Source of the DNA: Anaeramoeba ignava BMAN | Lineage: Eukaryota > Protista > Anaeramoebae | NCBI GenBank assembly: GCA_028826165.1 | Contig: JAPDFW010000147.1 | Coordinates: 124,001-188,000 of the forward strand | Direction of reading: 5' to 3' | DNA length: 64,000 nucleotides | Part shown: positions 53,554-64,000 of the stretch, one piece after another | Layout of the letters: every line of letters starts with the position of its first letter | Position numbering within the stretch: the stretch's first letter is position 1 | Notes under the pieces: model-generated | What the model saw: the letters and a program-made list of their open reading frames with translations, nothing else | Database searches by the model: none | Told to the model about the DNA's origin: nothing | Made by a program: the position numbers and the translations under genes

Positions 53554-56500
53554 ATGGGAAATCAATTAAATCAAAATCAAGATCCAAATAAAAAAAAAGA
53601 CGATAAAAAAAAACAAGATAAAAAAAGTAAACAAACATCAGAACCAGCAAGAATTGGAAGAAGAAAAAAACGAGGGCCAGATGGTGTTTTCAAGCTTCCT
53701 ACAGTTAAACCGCACACAAAATGCAAGTTAAAGTTATTGAAAAATGAACGGATTAAAGATTATTTGTTAATTGAAGAAAAATTCATTAAAAATATTAATA
53801 AAATTCAACCAAAAAAAGAAGAACAAGAAAAAGAAATGGTTGAACAATTGGAATCTTTGCGTGGTTCTCCAGTAAAGGTTGGTACTCTTGAAGAAATTAT
53901 TGATGATGACCATGCTATTGTTTCTGTTAGTATGGGTCCTACTTATTATGTTCCTGTTACAAGGTTTATATTTTCCTTTTTTTTTATTTTTACAATTCAA
54001 AAACAAAATTAAAATTAAAATTAAAATTAAAATTAAAATCAAAATTAAAATTTAAAATTAAATTAAAATCAAAATTAAAACAAATTTAAAATTAAAATTA
54101 AAACAAATTTAATTTAAAATTAAAATTAATTTAAAATTAAAAACAAAATTAAAATTAAAATTTAAAATTAAAAATAAAATTTAAAATTAAAATTAAAATT
54201 AAAAACTAAAATTAAAATTAAAATTAAAATTAAAATTAAAATTAAAATTAAAATTAAAATTAAAATTAAAATTAAAATTAAAATTAAAATTAAAAATTAA
54301 AATTAAAATTAAAATTAAAATAAAAATTAAAATTAAAATTAAAAACAAATTTAAAAAACAAAATTAAAATTAAAATAAAAATTAAAAATTAAAATTAAAA
54401 TTAAAAACAAAATTAAAATTAAAATTAAAATCAAAATTAAAATTAAAATTAAAATTTATATTAAAATTAAAAACAAAAACAAATTAAAATTAAAATTTAT
54501 AATTAAATTTAATTATTTTTAGTGTTGTTGATAAAGATCTTCTTGAACCTGGTTGTACAGTTCTTCTTCATAATAAAGTTCTTGCAGTTGTTGGAATCTT
54601 ACAAGATGAAGTTGATCCTCTTGTAAGTGTTATGAAAGTTGATAAAGCACCACTTGAAACTTATTCTGATATTGGAGGTTTAGCTGAACAAATTATGGAA
54701 ATTAAAGTAAAAATTAAAATTAAAATCAAATTTAAAATTAAAATTAAAATTAAAATTAAAATTAAAAAAATTAAAATTAAAATTCAAAATTAAAATTAAA
54801 ATTAAAATTAAAATTAAAATTAAATTAAATTAAAATTAAAAAAATTAAAAATTAAAATTAAAATTAAAATTAAAATTAAAATTAAAATTAAAATTAAAAT
54901 TAAAATTAAAATTAAAATTAAAATTAAAATTAAAATTAAAATTAAAATTAAAATTAAAATTAAAATTAAAATTAAAATTAAAATTAAAATTAAATTTAAA
55001 ATTAAAATTAAAATTAAAATTAAAATTAAAATTAAAATTAAAATTAAAATTAAAATCAAAATTAAAATTAAAATTAAAATTAAAATTAAATTTAAAATTA
55101 AAATTAAAATTAAAATTAAAATTAAAATTAAAATTAAAAATTAAAATTAAAATTAAAATTAAAATTAAAATTTAAATTAAATTTAAAATTAAAATTAAAA
55201 TTAAAAATTAAAATTAAAATTTAAAATTAAAATTAAAATTTAAATTAAATTTAAAATCGGAAAAAAATCAAAAAATAGGAAACTGTTGAATTACCTCTTA
55301 CACATCCAGAATTATATGAAGATCTTGGAATTCAACCACCAAAAGGAGTAGTTCTTTATGGACCACCAGGAACAGGTAAAACCCTTTTAGCAAGAGCAGT
55401 TGCAAATCAAACAAGTGCAACATTTTTAAGAGTTGTTGGTTCTGAATTAATTCAAAAATATCTTGGTGATGGTCCAAAATTAGTTCGTGAACTTTTTAGA
55501 ACAGCCAAAGAAGAAGCTCCTTCAATTGTTTTTATTGATGAAATTGATGCTGTTGGAACAAAAGTAATAATAAATAATAAATAAATATTAAATAATAAAT
55601 AAATATTAAATAATAAATAATAAATATTAAATATTAAATAATAAATAAATATTAAAATTAAATATTAAATAATAAATATTAAATATTAAATATTAAATAT
55701 TAAATAAATATTAAATATTAAATATAAAAATATTAAAATTAAATATTAAAAATAATAAAATAATAAATAAATAATATAGAGATATGACTCACATTCAGGA
55801 GGAGAACGAGAAATTCAAAGAACTATGCTTGAATTACTTAATCAACTTGATGGATTTGATTCGAGAGGAGATGTAAAAGTTATAATTGCAACAAACAGAA
55901 TTGATACACTTGATCCAGCTTTAATTAGACCAGGAAGAATTGATAGAAAAATTTATTTCCCTCTTCCTGATACAAAAACAAAAAGAAAAATTTTTCAAAT
56001 TCATACTAGTAAAATGACATTAGCTGAGGATGTTGATTTAGATGAATTTATAATGACTAAAGATGATCTTTCTGGAGCTGATATTAAAGTGATATTATTC
56101 AATATTATATTTATATTTCAAAATATATTTATATTCCAAAATATATTTATATTCCAAAATATATTTATATTCCAAAATATATTTATATTCCAAAATATAT
56201 TTATATTCCAAAATATATTTATATTTAATAATATATTTATATTTAATATTATATTTATATTTAATATTATATTTATATTTAATAATATATTTATATTTAA
56301 TAATATATTTATATTTAATAATATATTTATATTTAATATTATATTTATATTTAATAATATATTTTATATTTATTTTATATATTTAATATTATATTTATAT
56401 TTAATATTATATTTATATTCAATATTATAATTTTATTTCAAAATTATATTTATATGTTTAATTATATTTTATATTTTAATATTATATTTATATTTTAATA

Positions 56501-59190
56501 TTATATTTATATTATTTATTATATTTATATTTGTTTATATTTTAATATTATATTTATATTTAATATTATATTTATATTTTAATATTATGTTTTATATTTA
56601 TACAATATATATTATATTTTATATTTAATATTATATATTATTTAATATATGTTTATATTTTAATATATATTTATGTTTCCAAAATATATATTTATGTTTA
56701 AAAATATATTTTATATTCAATAATATATTTTTATTATGTTATATTTATTTATATTTTATTTATATTCCAAAAATATATTTATATTCCAAAATATATTTAT
56801 ATTCCAAAAATATTTTTATTTCAAAAATATATGTTTATGTTTCAAAAATATATTTTTATTTTCAATAATATATTTATATTTTATATATTTATATTTAATA
56901 TTATATTTGTTTATATTTATATTTAATATTTATATTTATATTTAATATTTTATATTTAATATTATATTTTATTATTTAATATTATGTTTATATTTAATAA
57001 TATATTTATATTTTAATTTATGTTTATATTTATATTTTATTTTATTTTATATTATTTAATTTAATTTATATTTTATATTTTTATTTATGTTTATATTTTA
57101 TGTTTATATTTTATTTAATTTTGTTTTATGTATTTTATGTTTTATATTTATATATTTAATATTATATATTTAATTATTGTATATTTATATTCAATATATT
57201 TATATTTTTATATTTAATATTTATGTTTATATTTAAATATTATGTTTATGTTTTTATATTTTATTTTTATTATGTTTATATTTTATTTATTATGTTTATT
57301 TTTATTTATTATATATTTAATATTATATTTATATTTAATATTATTTATATTTATGTTTATATTATATTTTATGTTTATATATTTATTTATGTTTATTTAT
57401 GTTTATGTTTATATTTTATGTTTATGTTTATTTTTTTATATATTTTATGTTTATTTATATTATGTTTATATTTATATATTATATTTGTATTTGTTTGTTT
57501 TATGTTTAATATTTATGTTTATGTTTTTATATTATGTTTATGTTTAATATTATGTTTATATTTAATATTATAATATTTTTTATTTATATTATTATATTTT
57601 ATATTTTATTAATATTTTATGTTTTATATATTATTTTATTTATAATTATGTTTAATTTATATTATGTTTTTATATTTAATTTATATTTATTTTTTATTTA
57701 TGTTTATATTTTAATATTATGTTTATTTTTTAATTTTATATTTATATTTTTTTATATATGTTTCAATGTTTATTATATTTATGTTTTTATTTTTATATTT
57801 ATATTTTTAATATTATGTTTATTTATTTTATATTATGTTTATGTTTATTTAATATATTATGTTTATATTTAATATTATATTTATATTTAATATTATATTT
57901 ATATTTAATATTATGTTGTATATTTTAATATTATGTTTATGTTTATATTATATTTTATAATATTTCAATGTTATATTTATATTTATTTTATATTTAATAT
58001 TATATTTATATTTAATATTATATTTTTATTTTTAATAATATATTTATGTTTAATATAATATGTTTATATTTTATTTTATTTATATTTATGTTTATATTTT
58101 ATATTTATTTTGTTTTTAATATTAATATGTTTATGTTTTTAAATATGTATTTATATTTTATAATTTTTTTATTTTTTTTTATTTTATATTTATATATATT
58201 TATATTTTATATTTAATATTATGTTTTATATATTTAATATTATATTTATGTTTAATATTATATTTTTATATTTAATTTATATTTATGTTTATATTTAATA
58301 TTTTATGTTTTTATATTTATATTTAATATTATATTTATATTTAATATTATATTTATATTTATTAATATTATATTTATATTTAATAATATATTTATATTTA
58401 ATATTTATTTTTATTTTAATATATTTATATTTTAATAATATATTTTAATATTTTTATATTTAATATTTATATTTATATTTAATATTATATTTTATGTTTA
58501 ATGTTATATTTTATATTTAATATTATATTTATATTTAATATTATGTTTATATTTATATTTTATATATTTTATGTTTAAAATTATATTTATATATTTAATA
58601 TTATGTTTATTTTAATTATATTTTATATTTAATATTATATTTATATTTAATATTATATTTTATATTTAAATTATATTTATATTTTAATATTATATTTATA
58701 TTTAATATTATATTTATATTTAATATTATGTTTATATTTAATATTATATTTATATTTAATATTATATTTATATTTAATAATTATATTTATATTTAATATT
58801 ATATTTATATTTAATATTATATTTATATTTAATATTATATTTATATTTAATATTATATTTATATTTAATATTATATTTATATTTAATATTATATTTATAT
58901 TTAATATTATATTTATATTTAATATTATATTTATATTTAATATTATATTTATATTTAATAATATATTTATATTTAATATTATATTTATATTTAATATTAT
59001 ATTTATATTTAATATTATATTTATATTTAATAATATATTTATATTCCAAAATTAGGCTATTTGTTCTGAAGCTGGTTTATTGGCTTTAAGAGAAAGAAGA
59101 ATGAAAGTAATTCAAAATGATTTTAGAAAAGCAAAAGAAAAAGTTCTTTATAGAAAACAATCAAGTGTTCCAGAAAGTCTTTTCATTTAA
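53554..59190 (+). CDS. PSMC1: 26S proteasome AAA-ATPase regulatory subunit 4 (Rpt2); exons 53554-53963, 54523-54706, 55279-55563, 55780-56088, 59056-59190
   Basis: MGN N-terminus; [26 protein letters not shown]; [23 protein letters not shown]; GPPGTGKT; [17 protein letters not shown]; FIDEID; [28 protein letters not shown]. Confidence 0.97.
56089..59055. repeat. ~3-kb intron of degenerate 18-nt tandem repeats (ATATTTAATATTATATTT)n
   Basis: Clean repeats at both ends, noisier in the middle; bounded by GT and AG. Confidence 0.85.
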
Positions 59191-60059
59191 AAACAAATTG
59201 ATTTCTTCGTCATTTCTCTTTCTTTTTTTTTTCAAAGTAATTTTTCAAATTTAAATTTAAATTCAATTTCAATTTCAAATTAAAATTTTTTCATTTGTTT
59301 TAAAATAGGTTTTGCTTTTTTTTTAAAAAAATTTACTTCTAAAAAAATTCAAAAGAATAAAACAAAAATTAAAACTAAAGCTTTTAAATTATTTTATTAA
59401 AATTAATTTGTTCTATTTTAATTTTCTTTTAATCCAAAAAAACCCCCAAAATAAGAAAAGAAAAAAAATTTTTTTTTTCAAATTAATAAATAATTAAATT
59501 TAATAAATCTAATAAATCTATTAAATCTAATAAATCTAATAAAAATTAATAAAAGGTGAAATTTTTCATAAGAGTTGAAAAATGCTAAATAGAAAATTTC
59601 AATTAAAAAAAGTTAAAAAAATTTTTAATCCCTTTTCTTATTTATTTTCTTTATTTATTTTTAAGTGTGATGGGATAAAAGAAAAAGAATGAGAATAAAA
59701 AATAAAATATAAGAAAATGATTAATTAAATAAGAAATTAAAATTATTTCTTTTTCTTTTTTTAAGTTCACCTTATGAAAAAAATAATAAAAATAATAAAA
59801 ATGAAAAAAGATTTAATCCAGCTCAAGTTTATAATTGATCTTAATTAAAAATTAATTAAAAATTAATTAAAAAAAATTTATTTGTAATTTTAAAAAAAAA
59901 AACAGATCTATTTAATCAAACAATAAAAAATTTTTTTTATTTGAAAAAAAAAAAAAAAAATAAAAATAATTTTAATTAAAAAAGTTACTTTTTTCCTTTC
60001 AATTTTTTGTTTTTGGAACACAATTAAAAAATTTAAAATAAAAATAATAATAACTTAAA

Positions 60060-60467
60060 ATGGAAAAAAAAGAAATAAAGAATAAAGCATCAAATTATTC
60101 AGAAATATTAGAAGCTATTTATCCAGATAGAAGTTGGGTAGTATTTTCAAATGGAACATTTATAATTTTTAAAGAAAAGAAAAAAGACGAAGAAGAATTA
60201 AAAAAAGATGCAATTAAATTTTTAGAACGAGAGGGAGAAGTAGTTATTGGAACAGAAAAAGCAAACTTCAAAGTTTTGAGGTTTGATGCAACTTGGCCAA
60301 TCGATCCAGTTTTTTGTGTGTATTTTCATTGTGGTAAGAAATTGGGGAATATCCAAATTTCAGATGAATTACAAACAATTGTTGGTTTAAATGGTCGCTC
60401 AAGTAGACAAAAAGATTTTTCTAATCCGGTCATTATTAATTGGAAATTACTGGGAAATTTGAAATAA
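60060..60467 (+). CDS. Intronless 135-aa hypothetical protein
   Basis: ATG-initiated ORF of complex composition, GC above flanks (SWVVFSNGTFIIF..EGEVVIGT..GLNGRSSRQKD). Confidence 0.7.
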   Translation: MEKKEIKNKASNYSEILEAIYPDRSWVVFSNGTFIIFKEKKKDEEELKKDAIKFLEREGEVVIGTEKANFKVLRFDATWPIDPVFCVYFHCGKKLGNIQISDELQTIVGLNGRSSRQKDFSNPVIINWKLLGNLK

Positions 60468-60899
60468 ATTGTTTAACTTCTTAGTTCAAAAATTTTTTCC
60501 TTTTTTTCGTTTTTTTAAGTTTAATTTTCTTCTTAAATTTTAATAAAAAATTTTACTTTGAAATGGAATTAGTTTTTTGGATTGAATTTGCTTATTGAAA
60601 AATTTTCAGTTTAATTATTCTTGTTTTAATCCCCCCTTTATTTGTTTTTATTTGATCTTTTCTTTCTTTTGAAAAAAAAATTAACAAAAAAAAATTTGAG
60701 TGGATTTCTTAGGAAAATTGGTTTAATAAACAAAGTAAGAAATTTTAAAATTAAATTTTTAATTCTAAACAACGATCCATTTAGAAGAAAATTGAATAGA
60801 AAAAACTTAATTTTTAGAACCCCTTTTTTATTACAAATTACTTATTTTTAATTTGATCGTTATCAAAATGAAAAATTTTTAATTATGATTTTGACAGCT

Positions 60900-62125
60900 C
60901 AATTTTTTATAAATAATTATAAATTAAGTTTTCAATTTTAAACATAGATCAAATTGTAAATTTATTATTTAGAAAATATTCTTTTAAAAATGTCTTTTTT
61001 TAATATTTGGGAATTATTAAGAAAATTGAGTTTACTTGAAATGAAAAATTTTTTAATTTTTTATAAGAATTTTTAATTAAATTTTCAATTTTAAACATAG
61101 ATCAATTTGTAAATTTATTATTTAGAAAATATTCTATTGGAAATATTGTTTTGTTTATTTAAAAATTATTTTAAAATCTTTATTAAAAAATTTGATGAAT
61201 TTTGATTAATTTTTTATAAATAATTTTAAATTAAATTTTCAATTTTAAACATAGATCAATTTGTAAATTTATTATTTAGAAAATATTCTATTGGAAATGT
61301 CTTTTTTAATATTTGAGAATTATTTTAAAATCCTTATTAAAAAATTTGATTAATTTTGATTAATTTTTTATAAATAATTTTAAATTAAATTTTCAATTTT
61401 AAACATAGATTAATTTTTAAATTTATTATTTAGAAAATATTCTATTGGAAATATTGTTTTAATTATTTAAAAATTATTTTAAAATCTTTATTAAAAAATT
61501 TGATTAATTTTGATTAATTTTTTATAAATAATTTTAAATTAAATTTTCAATTTTAAACATAGATCAATTTTTAAATTTATTATTTAGAAAATATTTTATT
61601 GGAAATATTGTTTTGTTTATTTAAAAATTATTTTAAAATCTTTATTAAAAAATTTGATTAATTTTGATTAATTTTTTATAAATAATTTTAAATTAAATTT
61701 TCAATTTTAAACATAAATCAATTTTTAAATTTATTATTTAGAAAATATTTTATTGGAAATATTGTTTTGTTTATTTTAGAATTATTTTAAAATCTTTATT
61801 AAAAAATTTGATGAATTTTAATTAATTTTTTATAAATAATTTTAAATTAAATTTTTAATTTTAAACATAAATCAATTTTTAAATTTATTATTTAGAAAAT
61901 ATTCTATTGGAAATATTGTTTTGTTTATTTTAGAATTATTTTAAAATCTTTATTAAAAAATTTGATGAATTTTAATTAATTTTTTATAAATAATTTTAAA
62001 TTAAATTTTTAATTTTAAACATAGATCAATTTTTAAATTTATTATTTAGAAAATATTCTATTGGAAATATTGTTTTGTTTATTTAAAAATTATTTTAAAA
62101 TCTTTATTAAAAAATTTGATTAATT
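60900..62125. repeat. 154-bp tandem repeat, about 8 copies
   Basis: AAACATARATCAAT marker at ~60940, 61093, 61247, 61401, 61555, 61709, 61863, 62017. Confidence 0.88.
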
Positions 62126-62314
62126 TCTATTTTTGAATTAAATTTATTTTTATGATTAAATATGTTTAAAAGTTGTTTTAAAATTGATATTTAAAGATTA
62201 AAAAAAATAAATTAGTAATTTGAAAAAAAAATTAATAATTTAAAAAAAAAATAAAAAAAAAATAAAAAAAGATTTCATTTTTTTTTTAATTTCAAATTTT
62301 AAAAAAAGAAAATA

Positions 62315-64000
62315 ATGTTTTATCAATTCCTTTCAAAAATTTTATTATTAATTTTTTTAATTAAAATTATAAATACTGGAAATGCAAGTGTTTCAGTTTG
62401 TGGATTTCTTTTTAGTAATGATTGTTTTCTTTGCAATTATGAATTAAATTGCGGACTTTTTTGTTCAGGAGTAAATTTTATTATTATAAAATAATAAAAA
62501 ACTTTTTTTTTTTCATTTAACCATCATTTAAATTATCTTATTATCTTATTACTATTTCTATTTTCATTCTCTTTTCTTTTTAATAAAATTAATATTTGAA
62601 ATTAAAATCAAAATTAAAATTAAAATTGAAATTAAAATTAAAATTAAAATTGATTTTAAAATTAATATTTTAATTAAAATTAAAATTAAAATTAAAATTA
62701 AAAATTTATTTTAAAATTAAAATTAAAATTAAAATTAAAATTAAAATTAAAATTAAAATTAAAATTAAAATTAAAATTAAAAATTAAAATTAAAATTAAA
62801 ATTAAAAATAAAAAATTAAATTTAAATTTAAAAATAAAAATTAAAAAAAAAGAAAATAATGTTTGAATTAAAATTAAAATTAAAATTAAAATTAAAATTA
62901 AAATTAAAATTAAAATTAAAATTTCAAAATTAAAATTAAAATTAAAATTCAAAAATTAAAATTAAAATTAAAATTAAAATTAAAATTAAAATTAAAATTA
63001 ATAAAACTTTTTCATTTAAAATTAAAATTAAAATTAAAATTAAAATTAAAATCAAAATTAATTAAAATTAAAATTTCTAAAAATTAAAATTAAAATTAAA
63101 ATTAAAATCAAAATTAAAATTAAAAATTAAAAATTAAAATTAAAATTAAAATTAAAATTAAAATTAAAAATTAAAATTAAAATTAAAATTAAAATTAAAA
63201 TTAAAATTAAAATTAAAATTAAAATTAAAATTAAAATTAAAATTAAAATTAAAAATTAAAATTAAAATTAAAACCAAAAATTAAAATTAAAATTAAAATT
63301 AAAATTAAAATTAAAATTAAAATTAAAATTAAAATTAATATTTAAATTAAAAATCAAAATTAAAATTAAAATTAAAATTAAAATCAAAATTAAAATTAAA
63401 ATTAAAATTAAAATTAAAATTAAAATTAAAATTAAAATTAAAATTAAAATTAAAATTAAAATTAAAATTAAAATTAAAATTAAAATTAAAATTAAAATTA
63501 AAATTAAAATTAAAATTCATTTTTGATATTAAAATAAAAATTAAAATTGATATTAAAATTAAAATTAAAATTAAAATTAAAATTGAAATTAAAATTCATT
63601 TTTAAAATTAAAATTCATTTTTGAAATTAAAATTCATTTTTGAAATTAAAATTCATTTTTGAAATTAAAATAAGGCAACACCATATTGCACAAGTGACAC
63701 AGAATGTTTACTAGATTATTCCCCAGTCAGTCTAGAAAGTTGCACTGCATGGAATAATTTAACAGAATTCGACGGAAATGCAAGTTGCAAAGCATGTATA
63801 CTTCACAATGGAACATTCAACAGCAGCGCAGAAAAATGTATAGAAACAGGAGGAGATATCACAAACTACACAAATTGCCCAACTTTATCACCAGCAGAAT
63901 GTGAAATGTGGCATACATTAATAGAATGCCCAACGGATTCGGGATGTTTTTGGAACTGGACAACAGGAACAAGTTATCCACGATGCACAACAGCTGGAGT
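62315..64000 (+). CDS. Cys-rich secreted or surface glycoprotein, 5' part; exons 62315-62470 and 63675->64000
   Basis: Signal-peptide-like MFYQFLSKILLLIFLIKIINTGNA; CFLCNYELNCGLFCSG|ATPYCTSDTEC...; many Cys and N-x-S/T sites; phase-0 GT-AG intron; absent from the ORF track. Confidence 0.7.

Noticed and set aside
55357-55390. RPT2 Walker A as a possible second intein site
   Set aside because: [11 protein letters not shown] is uninterrupted
56736-59049. Several hydrophobic or KYKYNI ORFs
   Set aside because: All lie within the repeat-filled last intron of RPT2
59550-59785. Partial complementarity (TTTTTCATAAG / CTTATGAAAAA) suggesting an ncRNA
   Set aside because: Short, AT-rich and without a recognisable RNA family motif

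Overview
Extremely AT-rich eukaryotic nuclear DNA with canonical GT-AG spliceosomal introns, many expanded by local tandem repeats. Composition, BTB-TLDc/ankyrin-BTB/PAS gene families and a nuclear intein suggest an Anaeramoeba-like anaerobic protist (inference). Genes in order: DHHC-family palmitoyltransferase (3' part, DHWC variant), RELCH/KIAA1468-like LisH-HEAT protein, RAD51, BTB-TLDc locus, CH + PH-like protein, PAS protein, hypothetical, cytosolic LeuRS, cohesin SMC3, second (inverted) BTB-TLDc gene with a 5.4-kb 167-bp satellite, small membrane protein, ankyrin-BTB protein, SANT/histone-fold-like acidic protein, proteasome RPT2, intronless hypothetical, and the start of a Cys-rich secreted protein. 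Strongest findings: (1) the small membrane protein at 47414-47740 ends GG-UGA-R-UAA and has a well-formed type II SECIS in its 3' UTR, so it is a candidate unannotated selenoprotein; (2) SMC3 carries a ~291-aa intein with a degenerate LAGLIDADG domain inserted in its Walker A motif (GK|S). RAD51 has a spliceosomal intron at the equivalent P-loop position (GK|T). Several 1-nt frameshifts in or near A-runs look like long-read consensus errors.
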